DNA from: Lepidodermella squamata
Taxonomy: Eukaryota > Animalia > Gastrotricha
Reading direction: 5' to 3'
DNA: 64,000 nt
Assembly: GCA_047495785.1 (NCBI GenBank)
Contig: JBLDXI010000038.1
Span: 186,001 to 250,000 of the forward strand
Part shown: positions 40,107 through 53,100 of the stretch, in pieces
How positions within the stretch are numbered: the stretch's first letter is position 1
Layout of the letters: every line of letters begins with the position of its first letter
Translations under genes and position numbers: made by a program
The notes under the pieces: model-generated
Database searches by the model: none
What the model saw: only the letters and a program-made list of their open reading frames with translations
What the model was told of the DNA's origin: nothing

Positions 40107-41147
40107 AGAGTTGAACCTATTAGCTGAAAAATAATATTCATATCGGTAAACAAAAATAAAACGTACGTTCAATCGTGTATTATCATTATTTTCGGGTTTG
40201 CGTGCCAGTTGTAGCAATTTTTTCTCACTTCGATGCGTGTTTGTTTCTTGACACCCATCCATCTGTATCTACCTACCAGTGCGCGGGCCGCTGTTCATTA
40301 GAACTAACACGATTAGAACGCCGCGGAACACGTTTTTACGTGATAACCCAATAATCACGTTCATTTTTGAACAGCCACAAGATGAGCTGAGGTGCTGCTA
40401 TACCGGCGAGTAATTGAGAACAAGCGATACGCGTGTCTCTTTCAAATACGTGTAATAATGATAACTCCTGCGGGGCGAATTCGGCAAACATAGCGCCACT
40501 TCGCTGTCGGGAGGCGCGTCTTCTTCCTGATATTTTTCGATTAGCAGTAGGCATTATTAATAATGCTTGATGCTAACTAGGCTCATCGACCACTACCTAC
40601 TAATTCGGCGTGCGGTGTTTTTGTGTTTTTCTTAGCTGGAGATCATTTTGCTGGCTTGTTTTGTTGGCTCACTATTTTACGCTTTCTGCCCACTAGAGAG
40701 AGAAGCGTAGCTTGCACCCACGTTCGCTAACCACAAAACGGCCCTCGCGCTTTTTATGCCCGTTCATCTAGGCGCGGCATCTCGCTGCCAGGTACTGCCG
40801 TGGTGCCAATATTACGCCCGATGACGGATGGTAACCAGCGAAAAAGCAGCTAAAACTACTGCGACTGTACTACCACTCGAACCATTGTATACATAATGCG
40901 CGCTAATAATAACCCGCTAGATGCTGAGTTTGTACAGACAGGCGGGGGCCGGCGCCCGGTTCGATCCCACTAGCATTGATTTTTTCGCTCGCCTTATTGC
41001 CACCACTGTTTAACACTTTGTTTACGTGTGTTGCTCTTTTATGAAAGACTGTACGCAACTTTGACTATTACGATAATATAATAATTCGGTTACATTTCGT
41101 GGCCCACTCGCGCCATAACGTATTGCTTTCCGGACAACAACAGTTTT

Positions 41148-44100
41148 TTATGATACCTTCAATGGTAAACTGCTATCGCGGTAACAATTTACAACAGAAG
41201 CAGCAAGATTGCCAGGTCCCGGCGAGCATCGCAGCCAAAAACGCGATGTACAACACAATGTACGAAGGTGAATCCGTGTATGAAAATGGCGATGAGGAGG
41301 AGCCGCCACCACCACCGAATACAGTTCAACAGTCTGAATTAACGCCGCCCTGCGAGCAAGAAGACGAAGATCCGCGCGGCAAAGAACTCGAAGAACTGCG
41401 CAAGCGAGCAATGGTCAGCCGACGCACCTGGTGCTGGGAAGAGAATGCCAGTGTGATCGATTACGATAACGTAAGCATCAACACGAAAGCAGCCACTTTA
41501 CCGGCAAAGCCCTGTGTGAGTTTTTTGCTCTGGTTCCGCTTGATTTAATTGCACGGGAAGCAAGGTTCTTGTGGGCTGGTGGAGGCAAGATTCTAAAATA
41601 TCGTCTAATCACGTGTATATTGATTGGTCTAATTGGTAATTAGCTCAAAGTTGGTCAATTTGAACCAATTAAAGCTAACTGTAGCTTATTGGTGTCGGTT
41701 TTGGTCAAACTATTTAGCCTATCTAACTTGTAGCTGTTCATGCGGGGATTTCAAGGCAGAAGCGAGCTATTTTTGTAGTTCTAATAAATTCAATTTGCAC
41801 CTCGAAGCCAAGTTGTAATCAGCTTTTCATTGTTTCAGTTGGGATTTCTCTGAAACATTTGGGCACTCAAGTTGACATTTGGGGAATTGAAAATGGTTGA
41901 AATTCACTATCCCAAATTCTGATTTCAGAAACTTCATGAACCTCTTGAGACTGAAAAAGGATTTTTATGTTCTGCTAGATTCCAAGTTCTTTAGTTTAGG
42001 ATCGTGTAGTTTATCTATCAGCGTCTAAATGGCAAAGAACCGCATAGCGGCTCACTGAATATTGATGTTTTTCAATCAACTACTTTCTTTGGCGCAATAG
42101 AGAGATTTTGACAGCATTTTCCCCCGAAAAAATTGTTATTTCCAACTGTCCGAAGCAAAGTAGCTCAAGTTCCTATCTACTGTCACAACCTTGATTTTCT
42201 TTCATATTTTGATTACTCTCAAGTTGATTGTCCCTGAATTTTAGTTGCGAGCGCAGCCACCGCCGAAGCCGATGAGACTGCTCGAGCAAGCGTATTTTGC
42301 TACGCCAACGTCGAGAAGCGCCCGGACCACGAATTCTAGTCGCAGCTCAAGCATTACGCCCCAAAACAGTTTCAACAGTTCGAACTCGCAGCCGAACCAA
42401 AACCACAATGCTCAACACATTTACCAGAACGGAAACGTCGCGGAAGTTCGTCGCCGCGATAACTCAGGCCGGTCGCGGGCCTTGCAGCCGCGGCCTGTCG
42501 TGATTGTTGAGAAACCGAGCTGTAAGCCGGCGTGCCTAGCACCGGACTACGCCGGCCTGGTAATGCCGAAACAAGGCTCGTTCTCATGCACATCGTCGCC
42601 GTGCCCGTTGCGACGAGACGCGCGGCTCGTTTACCAAGAAGTGCTCGACCAGAACGACGACGGTAATGCGCCGCCGCCGCCGAAGCCGCAGTTGAGATCG
42701 GCGCGCAGTCGCAGTTACCACGCGCCGCAAACGCTGGAGCACAGCCCGCTGATCGTGCCGCCGGCTTGGCAAACACAGGCGCGAAACGCGGGCCAGATCA
42801 ACGACGGCATTCGCGAGCCGCCAGTACGGCCGCGAGTCGCTCCAGCGAAGCCGAGCCACCACCAGTCAACAAGCTCTATTTACGACCAGGTTAGTTAGTG
42901 CGCCGCATTATACTCACGTCGTCGGCGCAAAGTCAATTTTCTGCCGACGCTCAAGTGTCACGTTATCGTTATTTTTTCTCTCCACTTTTCCGCATCGCGG
43001 CTAGTGCATGCGTTTTTCTTGCCCTTCCTTCTTTTTTCTGCTGATTAGTTTGATATTGATATAAGGAAGTGTATGTAGCGCGGATAATGCCGCGGGATCG
43101 TAGCCACGCTGCGTTTTGTGTCAAGTTCGATTTTCACTCATCATTATTCTCGTTATTATTTATGAAAGCCGCCGCCGACTGTCGCAGCCGATCATCACCA
43201 CCACCGGCTGGCCTATGACGCTGCGGCCGCTCTGAGCCCGCCCGAATCGTCCTCTGGCTCGGCGTCGTCCTGTCACACTTTCCAAACCGCTACCAAGTCG
43301 ATACCGATTCCGGTTACGAAATTACAGGCTCAGAACGTCCCAATGGCTTTCTCATACCCTGGTAAATATTATGCCATACTTTTCAATATTTCTACGGGTT
43401 AAAGAAATGATTGGAAGCTAAAATGAAAGTTTTTGGGTCAGAATATCCACCAAAACCCTAATTGCAAGCGTCAACCCCATTTTGGTGCGTAATGACGCAG
43501 GTCACTAACCTATTATTAACATTTTCCAAAAAGGTTTCTTGAACCGTAGAGTGTGTGGTTGAGGCATCAAACCTCCCCGTATGTTTTTCTTTTGTGAAGG
43601 TAAACAATAGGAATTTCTAAATATGAGTGCAGTTTTACTCTTACTTTGAATATTATTCAAGGAATTATGCCGATTTGTGTTATTAGGTTCATACGTTCTA
43701 ATGGAACCCCCGGTTGAACGAGAAGTAGCCCCGCCTAAGACTGCGAGTGGCCGACTTCCTTCCTACCCGCAAACGACCGTGACTTTGCTGAAGTCGATGC
43801 GGGAGAAGCGCGACAAAACACCGGATCCGCCGATGCCGAAGAGCTCGAGTGAAGATTTCCGCCAAATCCCAGTTATTACCGAACCACCTGCCGTTGTTGA
43901 GGAGCCGCCGATCCGGCCACAACAGCGGCCACCTTCGTCGCTAATGCAGAGCCGGTCGACCCCGATGCTGGCTAGTCGAGCTCTCGAGGCGATCGAGTCG
44001 GCGGTCAGCGGAACTTACACTAGTGACGGCGCTTTCCGCGTCCCAGTGATCCAAGAGCCTGTAATAGAGCCGCGCCAGCACCGACCCGCTACTCAGGTAC

Positions 44101-47100
44101 AAAGTCATTTATTTACCCAGCTATGTCTAATATCTTCCCCAACAGCAGCAGCAGCCATCGCTAAACAATAACATCAACAACAACAACAACATCAGCTGCC
44201 ATTACAACGGCAGTAGCGATCGATTGACGGCGGCGGCTCATCCTCGTCTCCCATTTCAAGTGCCGCTCGTCATGGCGTCGTCTGCCTATGAAAAAAGTGA
44301 GTCAATTACACATCGCGCGCGGGTAAATATTTTGGTGTGCCATTACAAGCCGCTCTCCAATTTTTCGAACACGCTCTCGCGTTCTCAGAAAATGACTTCG
44401 AATTCATCAATATTTTATAATCTGCGTGTTGGGACTATAAACAAATAAGGCCGCGGTTTTTTCTCATCATTTATTAACATATAATGGGCGTAGAAAAGGC
44501 ACGGTTTTTTCGTATTAATTAGTTGAAATAATGCAGATCTGATGATCTGCTTTACTATCACGTTTTTTTCGCGCGTGCCAGGTGGGGTTTTTTCGTCGTA
44601 TTTTATGGCGCAAGTCCTATACGCAGTGTGTGTGATGGCAATAAAACCTGTTTCTATTTAGCGATAAAGCGCTATTATATCACTCGAGTCACTTTTCCCC
44701 CTTTCTTTCACCAATTCAGTGCATAGCAATCGTATTCATTTAGTCACTGATACTGAAATCCGATAAATTTTATTAGTTCGCACTCTATTGTTCGCTTATT
44801 ATCAGCTTCATTTCCGCGTTGTTTAGCAGTTTGATGAATTAGTTTCCATTTAAGCGAACGAAACAGCCGTGCGTTTTGATAAGTATCACTTTGTCAATTT
44901 TATTGTTACCCTCGCCACCTGTTTTGTGGAATAATTTATGACGCTCTGCGACTTGTCTTTTCCAACATTCATAATTATATTCGTATTCATGTTCATTTAT
45001 TGCCATGCTATGTATATAGGAGACACATCGCCGTTTAACGTCGGTGTGAATAACAATCAAGCCAATAATAACACCTCGTCGTCGTTGTCTTCTTACGGCG
45101 TCACGAACCCGCGGAGCCGGCTTCGCGACCGACTTGCTCAGCTCATTGACGATCTGCATCAGCTCGACTGTAGCAGCAGTACGGCACAGCTGAGTACAAG
45201 TGCCAGCCTATACAGCTCTCTTAACCAACCTCCTTTGGCATATCGCGGATCAAGAACAGTTCCAATCACTTTCCTATCATCATGTAAGACTTTATTTATT
45301 TTTTCAAGTGTCTAGTCTTAACTCTTAACGGTTACATCGTTTTACTCACTCTCGCTTCCGATTTAAGATGGATGTTTATTATTCCAAGACATTCAGTAAT
45401 TGTTGTTGCGGCATCAAAATTGCTCTGGGAGGAATTGCTCTTCTCGCAGAATTCGCACTGAATAATGGATCGCTAATGTACTTTGCTCATGAGCTGGAAC
45501 GATTGTTAAAGCTTCCAACGATTGCTTCCAAGTTAGACAGTTCATGCAAAGTTTCAAAATGAAATTACATGATTCCAATTGATGAAATTGATTGATTTAA
45601 ACGTTGAAAATTTTTGATTTTGTTGAGTTTTCAACGTAATACAGATTGTACCCGTGAAATCCTGGCTATACAGATACAGATGGAATTGTTTTAAGGAACC
45701 CTAACTTTACACACGCTAATGGTTGCAAATTTCTTAGCAATTTCTACAATGAGTGATGACGAGGGATTTACCTGGAAATATTGTGTAGAATGGATGTATG
45801 TAATTCAGATAATGGACGAATCCCTGAAACGCAAAATTTCGTTTCGGGCTTTTGAATTTTCGAAATTTTTGGTTCTGCCAAGATGAAACTCCAGTTTGAA
45901 GTTTGGTCAATATCTAGATATAACCGTTTCCAGAATGTGTTTTAGCGGAACCAAATGTGCTGTAGCGGAACCTAATTTGCATGTTGCGGAACCTAACTTG
46001 AAATATGCGAAATGTCGCTTTTCAAATCTTTTTACGAATTTGAGACAAATTTGATTTTCGAAGTAATCACTATGTCTTGCACAGAATTTTACGCTGAATT
46101 CAATGATTGAAAGGCTTCATAAAAATTCCGAACTTAGGTTCCGCTCATCGTAAATTTGGTAACAGGATGACCCAACCGTTTACCCGATACATGGTAAATC
46201 GCTTGTGTCTGCAGTTTTTCTCGCATTTACAGCCTTGGCCCACCGGGAGTTGTGGTTTGCGAAAATGATCAAAGAGACCGCCGATATAAGGAATAGTCAA
46301 TACAAATGGGTCTCGGCTGTTTAATGCATATCTTGTCAATCCAGCTCTCCCTAAACTCAGATAATCGTGCTCAGAATTGTCTATGTAGTTGTCTATCTAA
46401 TTTTTTGTTTCTTCCTTTATAGCTGTCTCCGCCGATGAGATGCTATCAAACCTGGGGGCTAATTCAACGAACGGATCTGTAACTACTAACGGCATTGGTA
46501 GTGACGGTAGCAGTTCGAATAGCTTCTTCGGCGGCGCGTCACAGCACAACAGCCGCCGTAGTGTTTTCAACGACAATTACATGTAAGTTTAGTCTAAAAA
46601 CGCGTGTTTGTTCTCCGCATTTATCCGGCCTGCGTTTGAGCAGCAGTGCGGCTATTTTTTTTTTCTTATTTTATTGGCAAGTCAAGATGTCGCGCTTAAA
46701 AAAAATTGATCTTTCGTGCCGGTTTATTTGCTCAGGGCTGTATTGCCTCTCGTTTACAATGCGATGACTAGATATTCACTTGAGTGTACGTATCATTCGA
46801 AAAATTGAAATACTTTCTTTTCACCGTCTCGCCTGATAGCACGCATACCTATATACTCATATGCAATTGATTGTGTTAAGTGAATAAGCGCTATCTTATC
46901 CTCATTATCAAATTGTTTTGTGTGACGCTCACTCGTCGAGGTGCTTGACTATGGCGTGCTCGGAGCCTGGCAAGAAGCCCGGTCTTTCGCGGCCCATCTT
47001 GAGGTAAGGCCACGCTGTTTTCTCTCGTCGGCGGGTCGTATTCATCGCCAGGTGCTAGGCCGTAGCTGCGTGTGTGTCTTGTTGTACCTGCCTAGGTACA

Positions 47101-50100
47101 AGTATGCCTACTACATCAATTTTAGTGTTGCACACTTGATTGAAGTAGAGGGTGTCTGCTGCAATCATGGCTTGTTGTGGTGTATGTCCTCGCCTCGTCA
47201 TAATACACTGCTGCATAACTAATTGCGCTGATGCGATTGTTGTTTATTAAGTATACATAGGCATCAGAGAAGGAGGAGTGGCCAAAATAAGCAATAAATC
47301 GGTTGGTGAAAGGCATACTATCGCGCGCGTGATCCCTGCACCGGAAGTCTGGTCTAGTTCATTCGACGTTTGGTCCGTAGTAGCTTATTATTTAGCAACA
47401 AATCAAGGCATGAGAAAGGCTAATCTAGGCGTTGGCGTGCGATATCAATAGCAGATCATAATACCGTTACACCACGCACGTGTTCTGGCATCGAGATGCT
47501 CATCATCATAAAATAATCATAGCACTCGGGCGAAACAGTCTGACTGTTGCTATAGCTCCATTCATAATTGATATAATGCACTGCGATAACAGTATTGTAA
47601 CGATTTCTCGTTTTGCGTGTTCTAGGTCATCGCAGAGCCAGTTCGCCAGCAATCAGCAGCAACAGCAGCCTTTTCGCATATCTTCCCTGGCGGCTCGGGG
47701 TTATCAACTGCCGCCGCCTTTGTTCCAGCGGGAATCATCGATAGGCCGGCCCAATAGCGTTAATAATAACAGCAACAACAACGGCTTCAACAAGGCCAAG
47801 TCCGTCCACTGGGATACCGACATTTGCCAGAAAATAGAAATCGTCGCAGGCGCGGGCGAAGATAGCCACAACAACATTTTGAGCCCGTTGTACAGCCCTC
47901 GCCCGATCGAAGACTACGAACCGGGCCACTCGTCGATACTTGCGGTGGAACAAGCCGCCGCAGCGTGTCGATCTCTCAGCCACAACTCATCCAGCGTAAG
48001 TGTTGTGTCTTGAATTTATTTGTTATACCTAGGTACTTATACCTCAAAACACTCGCGCCTGTTGCGTTTCGTCTTTAATTAATGAGGTTTTTACTCGCAT
48101 AACACGCGCTGCCGCAGAATTTCAATTAAGCAAGGTGTCGCCGCGGGTCGTGTCTTGTACGATGTGGGGGTCATCTTTCTACTTGACTTTGTCACGCGAA
48201 TCGCGCCAGGTCAACATAGGCTCGTTTTATATTGGGACTTGCGAATTCGGCTGCTGAAACTAATCTCATATTCAATTTACGAGGTGCCAAATGCTATCTT
48301 TGCGTTTGCCCTAATTTTTCCTGCATTTCTTCTTAGTTTTGGACATCAGTTTTCTTATTACACGACATTTCTAGCTATAAATTCTTATGAGATGTTGAAT
48401 TTTTTCTTATTGCTTGGCACTTGAATCAAAATATCCTTGCGTTTTGGTTTTGGATAGTAATCATCTACGAATTTTAAGCTCCTATACCTATGGTATCGAA
48501 CTTTTCAGGCTTCCCTCCCTTTCAATACCCGGCAATTCGGGTTTCTTTCGAAGTCGATAATTAACTTAGTTACTGTTCTTTTTCTTTTAACGAAGTGTTC
48601 TTTCGTACATATTTACGTATGAAATTGTAACCTTTCATATATATTTTTATTCATAAAGTTGTGTTTTTCAGCAAAACGGATATTAGGATATGGGGTTAGG
48701 ATTTAGGGTTAGGAGTCAGGGTTAGGGTTAGGGTTAAGGGTTAAGGTTAGGGGTACGTTTAGGCAGTGGCGTAGCCAGGATTTTTTTTTTTGGGGTGGGG
48801 GGGGGGTTAATTTGGTTTTACCCTCGGGAACAAAAAAAATTGGTGCCTAAAAACTACTCACAAAAAGTCGACTCGCGAGCGAAGCGAGCTTTAGCTGACG
48901 CTTTATCCCCCGATCCCCCCCCCCCCCTGTCTACACCCCTGCGTTTAGGTCCATTTTCTAGTTTTTACAAAGCTCGATTTTAGGGCCCCTCCACTTCACC
49001 AAAAACCATTTTCAAGCGGAAAAAATGGCTACGCTTTAGGAACCACGTTTTTGGTTATAAACCGAAAACTGCCATTTCCTTAACGTTTCCAGCCCGGATT
49101 AAATGAAAAAATGATGTATGTAAGATTGCACCCTGCTTCTAATTTTCAACTTTTTTTCACTTGCAAGGGTGGTGTTTGGGCTGCAGCTCGGGAAAATGTT
49201 TTTCAGCATTGACTTATGAAAATATTCTCAATTCGTGTCTCGTCGAAGCAAACAATCTCAGTTTCACTGAAGTAACTGAATTTCTCGATTAGCTTGTGCC
49301 TAATTTCAAACTACGTTACATTGCCCATTGTTTGCGGCGTCCTCCCCTTGTCTTGCTTTCGGTCTGCTCTTTACTTTAGCAGAATTGTCGTTAAGTCCCC
49401 AGCCATGTTTAAGGTATGTGGCAGCTTTTGAGGTGCGTGTCCATATAGCGCTGCGTTAAGGCGGTAGTTTGCGTCAGGTGCAAAAAAGCAGCTCTCTGGC
49501 TAATTGCCGGCGCGCTTTTCCGCCCGCCTGGCGTGGAGAGCACGGTTCAGTCACGGCTTGTAGGACATGACAGGCCCCACTCTTGCTACTACTGGATTTA
49601 TGGCCGCGGCTGGACGGTGCGCGTGTGTCGTCGCGCACTTTTTGCTCGCGCGCTAATTGTCTCTCGCTTTGGCGGCGTTTGTTGATGTTCCGCTTCGAGG
49701 CTATCTTTGTCGCGGCTAGCGTCGTCATTCTCAATGAACAAGATGATGATGGAGTTGATGATGATGGCGGTTGATAACTGTTTTATTACTATCTATATAC
49801 ACTTGGTGCACTTGGGCCGTGGTGTAATTCTGCCGAGTCTTAATAGACTCGACTGTTTAGGCAATATTTGACGACGATGATCGTCTCTTTTACACGCGCT
49901 CGGACGTGTACGAGGGTTGTTGTTGTTGCGCTCTCGGAAAAGCCACTGTGCGTGTCGCTCGGCCATTTTACAACGCGCCAGCACGTTCTGCTGCCTGATA
50001 ACGCCACATCCCGAGACCAAATATTATTATTATATTTACTGTTGTTTATTACTGTTTCTGTACAACGCTCGAGCGCCAACTTGAACGGAGACGAACGGCG

Positions 50101-53100
50101 ACGAAAACGGCTAAAAACGACCATGACGACGTGTTCATTAGCCGCCGCCGCCGCTAGGCTCTATTTACAGAAGATTATTTATGAGCTGTGTTAGGTTAGT
50201 TACACATCGCGTTATGTCGACAGCGATCGCGATATCAAATGCCATCATCACCCGCGCTCGCTTTTTGCACGCGGCCATTAGAGCGCGCAAAAACTAAGCG
50301 AGAGAGAGCGCGCGCGCGGCAATTACGTGTTTATTGTACACATCCGCCCGCTCGGCAATTTGTAGGCACTCGGTCGCTTCACTTTATGTTTTGAGATAAC
50401 AATACGCGCCTATTACTATTGTTATTTACAACTATTACTACTGGCTTGGAGCGGGAGGGCGGGCGGTGGCGGCGGTTATCCTACTACTTTGTAGTTTCTG
50501 GCTAAATACAAGACCGCGAGTTTGCACGCGCGTGCCGAATTCCGTGACAAAAACACGAACGGCAAGTTTCGAGTTTTCCACCGCTGTATACTCGCCCACC
50601 ACAGGCGCGTACCTACAACGCGCGTCGCTGTGTTTTGTTCGACAATTTCAGACAACATCACGAGATAGCATTTAACGCGCCTGTTATTGTTATTGTTTTG
50701 TTATTATTTTACGCCGCTGCCGTTCGTGATATGCCAGCCTGCCTGCGCCTAGTAGTTACTATAATTCGCCACTGCGTGCCGATCTCTCGCCATAATAAGC
50801 TAATAGTCGAGTAATGAGCGTGTTTATTCGGTAATATTTAGCCGCAGAAAGGCAGAAGGGTGCTTGCGGCGCGCTTCTCACACGTTGTTTTTTCAACGTG
50901 CCAACTCTTCGACGTCGTTATGGCTTAAGCTAACTTTGTCACACGCACGCGCTCGAAACGTTGCGAGGCAGTAGAAGTACACATGTTTACGAGCCCCTCA
51001 TCAACGCCATCATGATCCCGCGCCTCGCGATCTTATTACACTATACTATTATTTGTTATTCACAGCCCGTCGTAACAAAAAAAAGCCGCAACTTGGCTCG
51101 CGGGCGCGCCTGGTTGTTTTTGTTTCGACTTGTGAAATTCACCCGGCGGCGATGGCGGGTTGCTCAATCTCGCTAAAATAATCTATAAACACATAAATTA
51201 TAAAGAAACACCATCGCGTTTGATTACATTACTAAACGAAAACGCGTTTCTATCGCTAGGCTTGCGCGCGTAAATTACTCACCCACTCGTTTTCGCCGGT
51301 GGGGGCGATGATCGTCTTATCAACAAAACAATAACTATGGGCCATTTATAGTATTTATTGCCGTCATTATCGTCGTGAAAACAATCGCTGGGCGCCTCTT
51401 CAAAACCCAATTTGCTAAAAACAGCGAGCGCGCTGTGTTTTGTCGAATAAATTGATTGTACCTACCTACTACCTACTACCTATAGACGAGATAGCGGCTC
51501 TGTTAGGTATCTTCGAGAGCGCGCGTTTGTTGTTTGCATCCGCCAGCGGCTATTTTTAGTAGCGCGTACCTTTTAGCGGGAACCAACGCGCAATCATGGC
51601 GATTATTTCTGTTTTTACGAGATGGCCCAATAAACGCAGGCACGGATTTGTTGTTGTCTAAAACAAATCGTCAGTGCTGCTGCTCGTAGTTTGCGGGCAT
51701 CGTTGTTGCTTGTCTAATTGCGGCCGAGTTGTTCATCACTCATCATCATCATCATCATCACCACCGCGGTTCTGCTTCCGATTTTCCAACCTGTGTGAGC
51801 ATCATATTTGCCAAAAACGTGGGCATTATTTTCTGGGCCAAACCGGTGTATTTCAGCGTGCGCTGTACAACAGAAATAATAATAATACCGGTAATCCTTT
51901 AATACTCCTAAATTGCGCACAACTGCCTTAATATTTTTAATGAAACTCGCGCGCGTGGCGCTTCGCAAATATTTCTGAGCTGGCGGTCGGTTTTTCCAGG
52001 ATCGCGCTGCTAATAATACGGTTGTCAAACTTTTCTGCCGCGCAATAATCGCCACAGCACCTTGTTTTTTGTTGTCCGAACGCGTGTTTTTGTGTACATT
52101 GTTCTACTTTACTTGATTCTTGTCGATGTAGGACGTGCGAATATATACTTAACTATATTATATGTGCGACATAAATACCTGTCCGCCAAAAACTTGAGTT
52201 TTTATTGCGTTTTTGTTTGCAATAACAACAGCCGCCGACGACAGCATCGACTGCATCGGCGAAACCCGACGACGCGCCTGTTGTGATTGTTGTCGAAAAA
52301 CAACCGTCTGCTGAACCGGCACTGAGTCAAACGCTCGCCGACGCTCCGTCACCGCCGCCGCCCTTCAAGAGGTAATAAAATATATCAATTTTTCCGGGTT
52401 TTTTTCCCTTTGTTTACTGCCGGTACTTACGGCTCGGTGCATTTATTACTCCTTGGAAGTCCTCGCGATAAGGGGCAACGGGGTGGGAAAAAACGTCGGC
52501 AAAATTTTATTACAACCAGCAGTTGTAGGATTAGATAACGATACACTGAGCTTAAAGTCGTGTTGGGTGAGAAAAACACCGCTTAGTCGTGCTTGAAAAG
52601 TGATTTCTGCTGCCGATGGCCTGGCGTCGCAAGCCAAAACAACAACAACATCAACAACCGAATGGTGTTGTTGCCACGAACGTACCGGCCACTACTCTGT
52701 ACGGAAATTACGAATTGGGACAGTTTTCGATGAGCTGCCAAACTACAGCTCGGCCTTACTTCCCGGTTCCGAGATCTAGGACAACGAGTCAGGTTTCTTC
52801 GGTTATGCCTGACGATGTTTTCGAAAGTGGGGCGTCATCGGCAGCTCGAAGTCGCTGTGATTCAGGCGATCTAACTACAACTCTGAAACCTACCCCATTA
52901 ATGGCTGAAGCTCTTCAGAAGCTAGCCTTAGATTCAAATACTAGGTAATGGGAAACTAAATTAGTTAGGAACGTACTCGGGAGTCAAAAATTGCTCATTT
53001 TTCACTGGAAATGCACTGATTTTGGAATAGTAATTAGCTATTCAGCGCTTCAATTTGTGATGCCCAAATTAGCAGTAGGATTCCCTTGGGATGTAAGGTC

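Noticed and set aside
45944-46000. Regularly spaced short repeats resembling a CRISPR array
   Set aside because: Repeats are ~10 nt with ~10-nt spacers, only three copies, in a eukaryotic intron with no cas genes.
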